A DNA stretch of 64,000 bases from Octopus vulgaris. Lineage: Eukaryota. Positions 1 through 18,946 of this stretch are shown here, piece by piece. Numbering within the stretch: the stretch's first letter is position 1; the number at the start of each line of letters is the position of its first letter. The notes below the pieces were generated by a model. That model searched no databases, was not told the DNA's origin, and was given only the letters and a program-made list of their open reading frames with translations. Location: the NCBI GenBank assembly GCA_951406725.2, contig OX597818.1, forward strand, positions 9,300,001 through 9,364,000. The letters are read 5' to 3'. The translations under genes and the position numbers were made by a program.

Positions 1-2978
<2,978 letters not shown>

Positions 2979-3043
2979 TAACATCGAAAATAGCATCGAA
3001 AAGTACCTTAGAAATGAGAACCCAGGTTCGCAATTTCCCCCAA

Positions 3044-3089
3044 GACACCTGATGAAGACTGGTGGTTATATCAACCGAAACGTTGTGTT
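3044..3089 (+). ncRNA. Minimal type-I hammerhead ribozyme motif in a short repeat (~2978-3140)
   Basis: gacac-CTGATGA-agactggt ggtt atatc aacc-GAAAC-GTT-gtgtt. Stem I is gacac/gtgtt. Stem III is the loopless palindromic ACGT. Confidence 0.6.
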
Positions 3090-3745
3090 AACAAACATGA
3101 AGGGGACAAATATCCGTCACATGTAAATAATGTGAATAATGACCATTCATATACTGACAGTTGAAAAATACAACTGTAACTTGTATGCCATTTTGATTGT
3201 TTAATAGCACATAAACATATCTTGTATTTTTTTTAAATAACTCAATTGTTACATGCTCTGAAATTGAATGTTACACAGTTTCTCTCTTTCTATGCTCATA
3301 ATGCCGCACAGCGTATCACTTTCTACGCACATAATGTTAAGGTAAAACAATATATTCTTGGGATATTGTTGGCGCTTTATTCTTATCTTGAATCTAGAAA
3401 GTGAAATGCCTGTGGGATAAAAATCATGATGATATTGTTTCTCTATCAGGGAAAATTAAATTGACCCTTTCTTGCACGACAATTTGCCACAAAACCTTCT
3501 GGGAAGTTTGCTTTTTTCTTGGATATTTCTGCTTAAATAATCGTGGAAATGATTTAATGTCAATTTCAATTGGATTCTACTGTAATGTTCCACATTGGTA
3601 TGCCTCTAAAATCTCTAAATCAACAGAAATGAGCATTTTTCAACACCCATGTAGCCTATTATTGTTCCGTTGATTAATTTTTCTACAATGATATCAATTA
3701 AGAATGTCTCAAATGTTCTTCATCAGTGACTCATTTGGTATTTCA

Positions 3746-3941
<196 letters not shown>

Positions 3942-4574
3942 TAACATCGAAAATAGCATCGAAAAGTACCTTAGAAATGTTATCTTTTGGTATTTCTCAC
4001 TCTCCTTATTTTCCCTGCACACTTGTATTTTCACCAGGAAGTTCGGGTTTAGCTTTTTGGTTGATCTAATCAAAATCATATCAAATATATGGTAGAAAGT
4101 GGGAAAGTGACGGGTTTAGTTTCCTGTATTTGGTAAGTATAATATGCTATTTTTGAAGAAATTTGAATATTTCGCGTAACTTTCACAGAAAACCATTTTA
4201 GCATATGAGTATCGGATTATGTATTTATATGATTGTTTACATTCATGTAAAATACTTAGAGCATTGTTTATTTAATGGCAACTAAGGAAACTGAATGTTT
4301 ATTATAAATTGCTTTGATTTATTTGTAAAATAAATATATAGAAATATAATTGCATCGTTGTCAATCGCATATCGCATGTTATATCTGATCTGCTCACATA
4401 AAGAATTAAATTACATCTCAAACAAAGGATATTACTGAAATACAACACTACCACTGAAATGATTTGCACTCATTTTTTCTTCGTATCTTCTAAAATGACA
4501 ATGACGTGTAAAGATGTTAAGATGTTAGAATTGTCTGTCTCATGTTGCAATTTCTATTTGTTTAATGACTTTGT

Positions 4575-5270
4575 CATAGGAGATATGTCAGCGCCCATGA
4601 CAGTTTTCAGTGCCCCTGAGACTGCTGGGAAGAAGGGAAGAAATAAACTTTTGAATGGAGACCAGGTCATACAGATTGTAACACATTGACATCTGCTAAG
4701 GCTACCCAAACGCCTGCTGGTAGCTTTCAATTGCACAGGGCGTACATTTGCAATGCGAGAGCGATATCATCTTTCTGGTAAGTTTTCACATACTATCCTT
4801 CAAACAGAATCTGCTGAAATATCTAGAAAGTGAATTCGACCTAATGAAATCCTAAACAGCTTTAAGACAGTTGACTGCAGTGGAAAAGCCAATAACCATT
4901 GGCAAGACCTAGATGTACGCAAAAGCAACACCATTGTTACAATGCATTATTTCACGTGACGATGTTGCACACGAGTTTGACAGTAGGATATCCTGGTCAA
5001 CGAGCAGCAAGTAAATGATTGTTGAAGATTTCAAACTAATACAGTCATCATCCACCATCACAATTCTTAATTGTAAGGGAATGACATCTACTTGTTCTCT
5101 AGAAGCTTATACTTCGCTGCCACGATAGCACAGAAGACTAGAATTAGAGTGAGTCCTTGCTCGCTATGTCGGTTTAAGCCTCCGAGGAAAATGGACGCTC
5201 AGTCTTATTTATAGATTCGCTGCAAGAAGTGTCCTACTCTGTACCATTAGACACTACCTTGCATTATAGT
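4575..5270 (+). mobile_element. Possible highly decayed Helitron Rep/helicase remnant
   Basis: Short peptides in shifting frames resemble Helitron motifs (RYVSA, R-LL...FKTVD, YVGLS). Many stops. Confidence 0.25.
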
Positions 5271-8200
5271 CCACCACACTACACAACTCTCTCTGAGGTG
5301 AGAAATGAACATTTGTAGATTCTCTACACATACTTGAATTACCGACCAAACGTCTCTCAAATCCTAATTCATCGAGGTTAAGAAAAGAAAGAAGCATTAT
5401 ATAATATAATCTGAGGTAATAAACTAACAAAGGTAAAGACGGGATAGATTCTGCTGAAAAAGAAACCTTTCATGGAAATTCTATTGGTAGAGGTGGCTAA
5501 CAACAACAAAGCTCTATTCATTTCATTGGCAACAATCGCTCTAACCGATTAACTGTTAAGCAAAAATAATAATGTTAGTTTATATAAATATAATTAATGC
5601 AGAATGCTTTCAGAAATTTGTGGTTTTTCCATCACTACATCAACTACAACAATAACAAACAGGGAATAAGCAACAACAGCAATAATGACAATAGTAGACG
5701 CACTAGAAATAGTTGTGAATCTCTACTTAATCAATTGGTTTCTTACAAATAGCAGCCATATTTCCACTAAGTACGCCCTCTCCTAAAGAAGGTTATATTG
5801 AATAATGTCGACCCAAATAGATTCTTCCGGACAAAAGCTGAGTTGAATGCCGTTGAAACGCGTTTTATAAAATATTTGTTCGATCGACTATGAATAGCGG
5901 CTAAAGAGTATTCCTACAGCCAAAGATATGCATATGATTGCTAGTAATAGTAACTGCGTAACACTCAGCCACCATTGAAAAGGAAGGCCTAATTGAGTAA
6001 TGAAATCAAACATACACTATGTCAGAATAACAATGAGGATGGTTACGGATAGAACAACTATCAAGACAGTTCTGCTAAATGACTGCTGAATTAAGAGCTA
6101 TAGAAGATTAAAAGTGGTGTCTTTTTTCTTTGATGAAGATCAAAGAAACCTAACGTTTACCGCCAAAACGGAAATATAACCTGTGATGTTTTTGCTAACA
6201 TTTCACTGAGAGGTTAAATTTTTATCTCTTTAAAACATGTATACATATAGATGATATAGCTTTAAAAAAGGCCATGTTTTACCCTATGCATTGATATGCG
6301 GGCATATGTGTCTGAGTGTTATGGATGTTTCTCTTATTTTAACACTGATTTTAAGCAGAAATGAAAAGATTAATGTGTGATTGTCATTGCTTTGCCTTTA
6401 CCAAAGTTTGATACGCATCAGATTCTTGTCCCAACCTCAGAGTCTCATGATTTTGTGAAATAAATTTGAAATTTGTATGGCATTGTTAGTGTACCTCCTG
6501 GAGTTGAAAATATTAGCTACAGGAATAATATCAGAGGAAGTTTTCAAATACTTTGGCTTAGATAATACAGTCATTAACTACTACAATCAAGGAAGGCATA
6601 ATTCACTAAAACAAACTATTATCTTTTAACAATTACGACCTAACTTCTTGAATTGCTTTTAATACATATATGCTTTCCCATCTGCCCAATATTTCTACGT
6701 CATTAAGATTATTTCTATTGCTTCTAAAGCAAAGATTGTCTAAAGAGGACTTAGTAAAACTGAAACAGAAATAATTTCAAATAAACACGATAATGAAGTT
6801 ACTGCAGTTAAACGAACTTAGTCTCTATAGCGAAGTTGAATAATAAAAGGGAAATGGTAAGGATAAATTCTAGCTTTTACTGCAGTCCAATTCAATTATC
6901 TTTCAATGGCAAATGTGTCAAGCAACAGAAGCTGATTAGAGCCAAAACGTATAAAGCATCTTCTAAGACAGTTTCAATCACATTAACTGACCAGTTTCGC
7001 TGTGTTCTAGTTTGAATATGCTATAAATAGCGAAAAGCTATTAATCATTCTGTGGACAGAAGATGGGTAACTTTTGAAGATTAGAAACAATTCAAATCGA
7101 TCCCATTTGTTCTCCCTCACCGACAGATAAAAATCTGTGGGGCAGCAGCTTGGGTTACATTCACGGGGAGGCGGAAATCAAATGTTTGTTTTTTAAAAAA
7201 TGGAATACGTTACATTGCATTTCACACCGTACAGTGCTATAGCAGTTGAGAAATTAATTCACGTTGTCAGTGCATTGAGATATTAGACTGCGCAGTTTAG
7301 CTAAATTCTAGATTGTGTACATTGTACAGAGAGATATAAGCTACGATTCTCTGTGTGGATATAACATAGACACCGATTGATACAGGTCTAATAAATGACT
7401 ATGTTGGTCCCTCCCTTGCGTTCATCTGGCACTTTTCTTCACCGTATCATGCATGTCACAATGTCGGAGATTTCTACCAATTTCTCAGGTTCTTTTACCA
7501 ATATAATGATTGAACATTTTCTCTTTTTTTTACCCAAATTCTTTTACTTTACTTACCTTCACAAAATTCAAGCAATTTTCTCTCACATAAATTTTAACCT
7601 TCCCGTCTCTGTTTTCAATCGCTTGCCCAAACAACGTCTTCCTACATCCGAGTCGTTTTATTATGCACTTGCATACACATCAACTACAACATCCATCTAC
7701 CTCTTGCCATACCATATGCTGCACTTCATCAATACTTTATTCATCTTCTAACACACGCACATATGCACACACATTTATCACCTGACACACTCTTTCATAT
7801 TCTCCTCTTAAAATTACACACACACCGACATCCATAACTTCTGGCCTACGCTGCAAAACTATATTTCCGGATAGTTATACGCAATCATACGCTACATTAC
7901 CCACAAACCATTTACTGTCCGCTTCAAATGATAGATAAACTGTGATACACACCTACCTCTTCCAACCTTCTTACCACTATCCCATATACAATCACTCCCA
8001 CATAGCTTCTAACCCTTCGCCTGCCTTGTGCGTACTTCATGACTCTCTATATCTCACTCGCCTCATGCTTTACTATTTGTTTGGTTCTGACGAAGTACTA
8101 ATATCCAAAACGTTGGGGCACGAACAGAGATTCTCACTCTCGGCATTAATATGTGAAACTATTGATATAATTTTCAAAATTTGCTGCTCCTGTGCTGTCA

Positions 8201-8348
8201 TTTCAAATATTTACTGTCTACAAAATATGTGTATATATGTGTGTGTATGTGTGTGTGTGCTTGTGTGTGTATGCTTGTGTGTATATACATATTCATGAAC
8301 ATAAAAACATGCATACATGTACACTGATATGCATACGCATCTATGCAT

Positions 8349-8381
<33 letters not shown>

Positions 8382-8404
8382 CATACACACGCACAGATAT
8401 GTAT

Positions 8405-8446
<42 letters not shown>

Positions 8447-8804
8447 GCGCGTGTGTATGTATGTATGTATGTATGTATGTATGTATGCATATGTGTATAT
8501 GTTTATGAGTGTGTATATTCTGAGTTCTATTTATGTCTTTTAATTCTATTCTTGTTATAACTCCTAAACATTATCTACAACGATCACCCACCCCGCTCTC
8601 TTGTAAATATCACACAAGTGTAAATTGTTTTCGCTTTAGTGCGGATACCAATAAATATTCTAAGCATATAAATTAATCTTAAATGTCCTCTTTAATAAAT
8701 AATTTGTCTGAAGTTACTTTCGGTTACGATAATTTCTATAAAATACACAGAAACAAGAACAACAACAATGCCAAAATCTCTTCTTGCTTAGTCAGGCATA
8801 AAAA

Positions 8805-8851
<47 letters not shown>

Positions 8852-9580
8852 AGAAAGTATGACAGATGATACATTCTAAAAGAGTTTCGTAGGAAGGATA
8901 AAGAGTATGAATATATTTTACTTTAGAAAATTCCTAGTCCATCTGACATTTAATATGTCTACTAACTCCAGTGGAAAATTATACAAGTTAGTAGAGGCTG
9001 AAATTAATTAATGTATAGGAAACTTACACCTGCTGACATTCATATATTTAATATATATTCTCACTGACCCCAACTTCCTAAGTATATTGCTTCAATTTCA
9101 CTGGTAGTGTATCTGTTGGTAGGGGGTATCTGTTCTAAATTACCTAAACAGCTCACACAGCAAATGGACTACAAAGGTCATCAACTCCAATTAGGTGATG
9201 TAGTACATGGCGAGGAAACATCAAGGCTGTAATAGGCAGGAAATGACATAAAGGAAATATAAATTTCGTTATTTATAATTTGTGTACTGTTAAGTGATAG
9301 AGAATTAATTAAAAAAATATAAAAGCAGGTGTTAGAGAGATTCCAGAGTTATCTGCACCACAGAAAAGTATATTTTATCATTTAAACATTTAAGAAAATC
9401 GAGGAAATAAGCAAAAAGCAATATAGAAACTCAAACAAAAAAATGTAAATGCGATGTTTTGTGTTTTATCGTTTTGTTTATTATTGTGTTTTCGTTGTTT
9501 AGTTTCAAATTATCCCTGAATTAAAAGGCTTTTTGCTAAGGATTTCCAATCTTCACCATCCACTCTTGTTTGTCTTGATG

Positions 9581-10828
9581 TATTGGACACTCCCAAAAAT
9601 AATGGTATTTTTTTTTATACTTCTTTTATTTTTCAATCTAAAATATACTCACCTTCATTTTCTACAATGCTTTTCTATCTATCTTGTTGACTTGCAAGGC
9701 CCTCTCTTCCAAAATTCATCTATCCGTGACGAAAAATATTCCTTCAGTACTGTTCTGATCTCGTCTACCGAATTCATATTTCTTCCGTCCAAATGATTTT
9801 GAAGACTGCAGAATAAATTATAATGAGGTGGGGAAATGTCCGGCGAATATGGTGGGTGGGGCATCGTTCCCCATTCAAACTACTCCAGCCTTTAAAATCT
9901 CATTCTCGCTGCATGTGGCCGAGCATTATCTTGATGGAAGAACACCTTTCGTCTTGAAACCAAAGATGGTCATTTTCCTTCGAGCGCTGACTTAATCCGC
10001 TCAAGCTGCTTGGTAGTAGATCTCCTTTGTTTTCGTTTGGTTTGGGTTTAAAATTTCAAAGTCAACTAAACCTTTCATATCCTACCAAATAGATAACACC
10101 TTCCGTCGTGAAGACCTTCTTTAACCTGGGGTGCCGGTGTTTCTCCTTTTCCTACCCACTGTGTTTGCCACTTGACATTTTTATAGAGAACCCATTTCTC
10201 GTCACCAGTCACTATTCGGTCCAAAAAAGGGTCATTCATGAGGTGTGACTGCTAAGAAGAGCACACATTTATTCTCTGCGGGCGATCTGACTCGGAAAGT
10301 TTGTGAGGAACCCATTGACCTAATTTGTTAACTTTTCCGATGGCACGCAAGTGTCGAAGAATGGTTGAATGACCAAATCCAAGCTTCTCTGCTAGTTTAT
10401 CAGCAGTTACAATGGGGTTTTCATTCTCCAGGGTCTGCAACGCGGCCTCATCGAGCTCTACAGATCTGGGATAGGCTCATCTTCTAGGCTGTTGTTTCCG
10501 GCTCTGAATTTCTGGAACCACTGTTTATGCTAGCTTACGCTTATTGTCCGATGTCCATATACTGCATTAATATTCCTCGCTTTTTCAGTTGCGTTGTTGC
10601 CTTTATTGAAGACAATAAGCGAAATAGGCTGAATATGCTCCTTTGTCATTTACATTATAGCTTTGAAAACATAACTGTTAAAATTGAACTGCACTCTTGA
10701 AAACTTGTATTGAGAATAAGGACACAGTTAAAATTACTTCCTACTTTTATAGCAGGTAGTTTAACCCGTTCACCTTCGATTGTTAGTTCATGCAATTGAA
10801 AAATAGCCTTCTTTATGGGATGACAATA
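9581..10828 (-). mobile_element. Mariner (DD34D) DNA transposon, degenerate, with imperfect TIRs
   Basis: Minus-strand transposase fragments: KEHI...NKGNNATE.ARNINAVYG, WVPHKL, VTGDEKWVLY, DNARPH, HPPYSPDISP. Ends are tattggacactcccaaaaa and the reverse complement tattgtcatcccataaaga, both beginning with TA. About 1.25 kb. Confidence 0.88.
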
Positions 10829-10889
10829 CATTACCAACATTTTTTGATTGCAGTATATTACCGTGTTATACATAACATAGCAGGCCTAC

Positions 10890-11925
10890 TTATTCCCCTC
10901 CAAATTTCTGGTTTTGTGCCAATATTTGAAAAGGAAGCAGTGAGCCGCGAGTGCCTACATCTCTACTCACCTTCCCCTTCAAATTATATTTGAAGAAATT
11001 AATGACGTCTTTACCAGATAGGAATGTGCCTGTCTTTAAACCACAGCCACTAAGAAGAGAAAGATCTGCCTTCCATCTTTCCAAAGAGAAGGTAGTACGT
11101 CGACCTTCACTATACATTCGGCAGACAGCCGAATTCGTCTTACACGCTACAACAGCTGCTCCACTTAATCCCACAACTCCCTAATGTGCGGACACGAAAT
11201 TATTGCGCGCAGGACAGTTCCGTCCCGCAGCGGGCATCTCGGGCAGGTTTGGCTGTTGGCACTTGCAAGCCTGAAGTGCTTGTCTCGAACGGGCAATGCT
11301 CCTCCATGTTACTGCCAAGCCAAAGACTTGTTATCGTTGATGCCTAGATTTAATCCTAGGCAATTATCACTCATATCCTCAACTAGCCCCCTATAGAAAT
11401 CTTGGGTTTTTATCCCCGCTACTGGTACAATGGTTCTTTTTCCCGCTACTGGGCCACTGGTACAATGTAGTGGGCGCCTGGCAACATTCTAGAAGCCAAC
11501 CACTCAACTTTGTTCTACGTTTGACCCATGAATGCAGCTCTGTCTATGCGATAAGCTGCGGAAAGTCCTGTCGGGTGAAAGACGCCAACACGAGTCACCC
11601 TTATTTTCGTCGTCATCGTCGTCGTCGTCCACATCATCACAGTAAGTTAGGTATTCCTGTAGGTGGGACAGCTTCAAAGCGTGACGCCGCATCATTAAGT
11701 ATGGCATCCCAAGACGGCTATGGTGTGGGTGTTGACAGTAGATTGATTTTCTGACCAGTGGAACCTGACCCTTCTATAAGTATAGGAAAAGCAAGCGCTC
11801 CACTCTGATCAGAGTTTTCTTATGACAAGGTACGTCGGTTAGGCGGTAGTACGCTACCGAGGCAATATATGCATTTGCTACTTCCGCCCGGTCTTTCAGA
11901 GATATCTTCCTTTCTCCCACAATAA
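10890..11925 (-). mobile_element. Tx1/L1-like LINE ORF2 C-terminal remnant
   Basis: SLKDRAEVANAYIASVAYYRLT...VERLLFLYL, LGMPYLMMRRHALKL, KSLAWQ..GALPVRDK...TCPRC zinc-finger region. Frameshifted. Confidence 0.7.
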
Positions 11926-11984
11926 TAATAATAGCAACCACAACGACAACAAAAACAGCGATAATTATAATGATTTCTTTATCT

Positions 11985-12335
11985 GACACAGTGTTTGCAT
12001 GAAGAAAAACACTAAGGACGATACAGACGGGACAGGACTATACAGTGTAAGTTTTGTCGTGTAAAATGTCATAAAACGAATAAATATAAAATAATTCAAA
12101 ATAACTTTCTCATGGCCACCATGCAGATATAAACTGCCGGCATTTCTCGGCTAAAGGAAGGCAGCATGGTTTTCTTCACGATTGGCTTAGCGGATAGTTT
12201 GATCCGTGCTATACGTGACAGCAGGTTTTCGACATGAAGTAATATATAAGCAATGCTCGGACAGTGCACGAGTGTGTGAAGGACGGTTTCGTCGCCCTGC
12301 GCGAATCTTTGACAAGCGCAGCTGACAGCACTTCA
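11985..12335 (-). mobile_element. Second Tx1/L1-like LINE 3' fragment
   Basis: Minus-strand C-x2-...DETVLHTLVHCP zinc-finger remnant followed by a 3'UTR-like segment. Confidence 0.55.
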
Positions 12336-12480
12336 ATGTGTGTAAAAATACTTATGTCATCGACCCCAGAAGCTGAAAAGCAAAGACGACTCGACGGAAT
12401 TTTAACTCAGTAGGTAAAAACGGGTGAAATACCGTTAAACATTGTACCCGTTGTGCTAAGGCTTCTGCCATCTCACCGCT
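12335..12480 (-). mobile_element. tRNA-derived SINE family B remnant
   Basis: Similar to 13645-13858 and 58955-59145 (tcatcgacccc-gaa...aaag...gac-tcg-cgg-att-aactcag). Confidence 0.55.
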
Positions 12481-12524
12481 TTATTATTATTATTATCATT
12501 ATTATTATTATTATTATCATTATA

Positions 12525-13644
<1,120 letters not shown>

Positions 13645-13646
<2 letters not shown>

Positions 13647-13858
13647 ATGGCTTTGAATTTTGCCACAAAGGCAGCCATTTTGGGAGAGAGGATGTGTCGA
13701 TTACATTAACCCCAGTGTTCAACTGGTAAATGATGCATCAACCCCGAAAGGATGGACGGCAAAGTCGACCTCAGAGAGATTTAAACTCAGAACTTAGCAA
13801 CGCGCGAAATACCTCTAAGCATTTTGTCCACCGTGCTAACGATTCCGACAGCTCGCAT
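13645..13858 (-). mobile_element. tRNA-derived SINE family B
   Basis: B-box-like gttctgagtttaaatc on the minus strand. Body shared with 58955-59145 and 16630-16850. Confidence 0.6.
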
Positions 13859-13997
13859 CTTTAATAATAATAATAATTATTATTATTATCATTATTGTTG
13901 TTGTTGTAATTATCATTATTATCATCATCATAATTATTATTATTATTATTATTATTATTATAATTATTATTATTATTATTATTTTTTTTTTTTTATT

Positions 13998-14553
13998 GAG
14001 TGAGCGAGCAGAGCATGCCATCAAAGTGACACTGGGGTAAAATATATGAAGCCCAGTATACCCATCATGACTACCTGTCTGATAAGGGTACACCATGCAC
14101 ATGCATCACAACCATATGTGCGCGACATGGTGATCTCATATCAAGATAAACAGCACATGACCTTGCAGGTGGAGCCCAGTTAGAATTTTCTTCAGATCGA
14201 GTAACCCATCCCGCTCAAAAGGTCCCTGAATAAGGGTTGTTTAAGGACGTTGAACGAAACACCCATGTTTCCAGAGGTGAATTATTCAAACCTCAAAGAA
14301 TCCTTCTCAACACATGGCTATGATGCTCTCCCACTACTTCTGCTCGTGATCAGAGATGCACATATCGTCAGCCACTAAGGGACATGCTCAACTGGTTAAG
14401 GTCAAACAACTGACAAGCAAATCTGTGGTATTGAGCAGAATATTTGCTGTAGCCCATCTTTTATACCAAGACAAAACAATGTACATGATAACACTTCCAA
14501 TCAGTTAAGATCAGAAGCCATGAGAGCCACTGCCTGGTACTGCATCAGGGCAT

Positions 14554-14554
<1 letters not shown>
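13998..14554 (-). mobile_element. ~555-bp non-coding, (TAA)n-flanked interspersed element (putative non-autonomous R4/Dong partner), copy 1
   Basis: The reverse complement aligns end-to-end with 59232-59787 (roughly 90% by eye). TTA tracts on both sides. No meaningful ORF. Confidence 0.85.
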
Positions 14555-14870
<316 letters not shown>

Positions 14871-15195
14871 AACTCTTATCAAAATATATGTAAACAATGG
14901 AATAAGTAATAAAATTTAATGTTCAAACAAGAGCAACAAATAAACATCTGTGGTGAAGGGAGCGGCTGGAATAACCAGTCGGAGACAAAACATCAAATAT
15001 AGGACAAGCAATAACATCAAAGTAACAAACAAAGCCACATATGAATACAGATTCATCAATGTAAACAGGGATATAAATGTAGCATTTTGATGTACACTTT
15101 TTTCCTATTCAAAAATATTCTTCAACTGGCATTGTTTCAATAAAATAATTATGATAATAAAATGAAATAAATAAAAAAATAACGATAAATAAAAC

Positions 15196-15350
15196 AGGCG
15201 TGGCTATGTGGTAAGAAGTTCACTTCCCGGCCACATGGTTCGGGGTTCAGACCCACAGCGTGACACCTTGGGGACGTACGTGTCTCCTACTATAGCCTCG
15301 GGCAGACCACAAGCTTGTGAGTGGATTTGGTAGAAGGGAACTTAAACACC
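15196..15350 (+). mobile_element. tRNA-derived SINE family A (head); related 3' part at ~15660-15850
   Basis: A-box tggctatgtgg and B-box ggttcagaccc. Body ctactatagcctcggg..cttgtgagtggatttggtaga is repeated elsewhere in the window. Confidence 0.75.
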
Positions 15351-15460
15351 GTCATGTATTGCCCAGGTGTCGAATCCATAATGATATCGGTGGGGTAGCT
15401 GATGATAGAAGTATGTTGGATTGTTGGTATGGCTATTTTGTATATGTGGAATAGTGTTAT

Positions 15461-15527
<67 letters not shown>

Positions 15528-16629
15528 GTGTGTGTGTGTATGTATTTATATTTATATATATAAGTTCAGCATATATATATATATATGTGTGTGTATGTGT
15601 ATGTGTGTGTGTGTGTGTGTGCATGTGCGTATGTATATCTGTGTGTGTGTGGCTGAGTTTTTCCCCATCACCACCACCTATCAACGGGTGCTGGTTTATT
15701 TACGTTCCCGTAACTTATCGATTCGGTAAAAACAGACCGATATAATATATATCAGCAAAAATAGAAAATAGTACAGGAGGTCCAAAAGTTCTTCCATTCG
15801 GTGCGAAGCATGGCCGCTGTCTAATGACTGAAAAAGATAAAAGATAAAACAAATTATTAAAAGATCCCCGCAGCCATTGAGCAAATGGAAATAAGAGTTT
15901 ACTTCAATTTATTTGTATTTTTATCGTTAATTCTGTAAGGGAAGTGTTCATAAGCCTAATTTTCTCCTTTTGTAGCGCGTCCAATCATAATGAATTCTAA
16001 GAAAGAAGCTATCCACACAAGACATACTTATGACGATGTGATTGTTTTAAACCAGATTATGTATTTAGCCTATCACCATAGAACTCGGAGCACAATGTCT
16101 GCTAAAATGGGTACCATAAGGGATTACTTCTGATTCAACAACCCCAACATCTGCGGACTTTGTTTTATCTACAACGAAAGGATGAAAACAAATGTGATCT
16201 CGACAGTATTAGAAACGCTGTTTTGCCCTACTCTATTACTTCGCTGTTAATTCACAAATGGCAGCTAAATCGCCCTCAAGCAACATCTTATCATCGTACC
16301 AACAGCCACGTTGGACTATATGATTCTGTCGTTCCTGTATGAAGGAAAATGACTAGACAGTATCACTTGGCATGATCAGAGCTAAAAATGGGAGTAAACA
16401 AGGACAATAACTCATGGCATAACCGTTCCGTGGGAAATAATCTATATGTTTTTTTTTCTGACATGCTGGAAATAGAAGTACATGTCCCTCAAATTGCACA
16501 CTACTACCGTATATGAAAATACACCGCAATAGACAGTATGAACAGAATAACTCAGAGAGCACGGGATGGTCATGCCTTTAATGCAGTTGATTTTACAATG
16601 TTTGGAGATAAAGATGAGCAAACAATGAT

Positions 16630-16850
16630 TTCTGACTCTAGCACAAGGTTAACAGATTTGAAAGAAGAATTATTAATTGTATTGATCGCAGTACTTGACT
16701 GTTAATTTATTTTATTTACTCCAGTGAGTGAATGGGATGAATAGCAAATTTCACCTCGATAAGTTTTGAACTTAGAAAATAAAGAACCAAAAGGAAAAGC
16801 GCAATAATGTTGTTGACACCCTAATGATTATACAAATTCTCTGCCCAGAA
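16630..16850 (-). mobile_element. SINE family B, old copy
   Basis: tctagcacaagg...gcagtacttgactg...tttgaacttagaa, similar to 58955-59145. Confidence 0.4.
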
Positions 16851-18157
16851 TCAAATAATTTTACGACCTAAAAAGCAGTACTGAAAATTGCTGGAAATAA
16901 CATCTTGATTAGGCTCAATCAAACCATAGCTTCTGAAAAATAGCAGATCATGGATAATTGAAACAGTTCTTGAAATAGGAAACCAGTTAACACAGTCTTT
17001 AAGCGAATTAAATCTCACCCTACTATTTTACCAAACGAAAAACTACTTAGATATTATGTTTCTAAATATGATTATGGCAACAGAGAATGGAATGATCAAC
17101 TGGCTCCCTGTTAAATCCCTGATCGAATTCCATTTCGATCAGAATTCAACTAGTGTTAAACAAAAAGCAAAAAATAAAACTGTTAATAAGAAAGTGCTAT
17201 TTTATAGTTTCTCTGGTTTCAATCGTTTTTGTAAAATCTCAGAAAATAATTAAAAATTCACATCAGTTGGAAAATATTCTTCTAAAGTGACACCTACTAT
17301 AGAAGGTTAATTCCTTTCTAAGGGCTTAAATGCAACAAGGACAGTATGTATAAATATACAAATAGTCTCTACACACAGTAAACTAAATGTCAAGTTATTC
17401 CAAACAAATTATTCCAATAGGCACAGCACGAGTAGTAGCTCATTCTGTAGCTATTATCTTATTATATGCAACAATATTAATATATTCCCCAGATACAGTT
17501 ACACTAAAGTACAGTACCCACACATTTCTATTCATGCTTAGATGTACAATCACTAAAAGATATACAGCAGAAAACTGAGATAAGCAGGCACATATTCACA
17601 TAGCAGGCACATATATGCAGAAACAAAATTCCTCATCAATCATCTCAACTAAATAATTATAATTACTTTTCGGCAATGTATCAAAATATATGTTTAAGGC
17701 GAACATGTCACCATTATTTTGTGTCAATGAGGGAAACACTCTACCGGTGCTATATGTGCTAGAAATAGTAACCACTTACTAATGCTGTTAGATAAAGACT
17801 AAACTCAAAGACTATAGACAATCGGTCTCCTCAGTCAGGACTGATACAGAACTGACATGAAATTCTATTATAGCCACAAAATAAATAATATAAGCCGAGA
17901 AGGTAATTTATTAGGGGATTATGACCTGCAAGAAATAGCAGCCAAAACCAATTTACGTAATTCATACTTCTATATTGGAAAACAACAATCAACTTTGATA
18001 ATGAAAGGTGTGTATGTATGTTCGTACGTATTTAATTATATGTGAGTGTGTGTGTATGTGTGTATGTGTGTGTGTATGTGTGTGTATGTGTGTGTGCGTG
18101 CGCCTGTGCGTTTGTGAGATTGCAAACATATACAATCACAATCACCATTCTACTTTC

Positions 18158-18290
18158 GACCAAATTCACGCACATCGCATCGGTCAACCAAAGCTATGGT
18201 AGACGACACTTGCCAACTTGGTTGCACAGTGCGACTGAAGCAGAGTCCGCATGATTTCGAACCAAACTTCATAACCAAGTAATTGCGCTT
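18158..18290 (-). mobile_element. SINE family A, old copy
   Basis: caaattcac-caca...ctat-gtagacgacacttgcc...gcacagtg-gactgaa, similar to 21457-21624. Confidence 0.5.
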
Positions 18291-18898
18291 ATCTCGGCAC
18301 AAACTAATTTAAGAAATAAAACAAATCCCGTTTTCTCTTTCTTGTCATTCGAAATGCGTTGTAAATCTGGGACTATAATGATCCAATGAGTTCTCTCCAT
18401 TTATGAAAGAAAAACGAATAGTTTCACAGTGGCTTTGCTCGTAACTATAGCAGGTCATGGGCACGAGTACACGTCCCTCGTTGGCACACTCTCACCTACT
18501 AATTTAATTGAGGATTTATTGCTTTCTGTTTTACTTTCACAAACTGTCTAAATCTGTGTTTATGCAATGAAAATAGTATCGGAGACTTGCCTGTCTTCAA
18601 ACATTTTATTATTTTTCAGTGACGCCTCACTTCTTCAACAATTAGAAATAAAACATCACAATAAAATAATATACTGTGCGTTGTTGAGGGAATATTACTT
18701 ATTTTGGAAATACATTCTGCAGTGTAATTTACATATGTCACTGATTGTCAAAACTCGTTTGCTCTTTTATTACCTACATTAATAAGTAGGCGTTTTTCCA
18801 AGAACAGCACACGAAGCAATACATACACACATGTACACAAATAGACACTCAGGTATTCTCACACTCATATTATGCATTAATATATATAAGTATATGTA

Positions 18899-18946
<48 letters not shown>

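Noticed and set aside
4580-4777. Apparent exon bounded by tcatag| and |gtaagt
   Set aside because: All three frames contain stops. It is better explained as a decayed transposon remnant; a non-coding exon cannot be excluded.
8083-8118. CTGACGA...CAAAAC-GTT hammerhead-like string
   Set aside because: It lacks the essential G12, and stems I and II do not pair. At most a dead remnant.
15196-15270. tRNA gene candidates at SINE heads
   Set aside because: A and B boxes are present but there is no cloverleaf, and each continues into a repeated SINE body.
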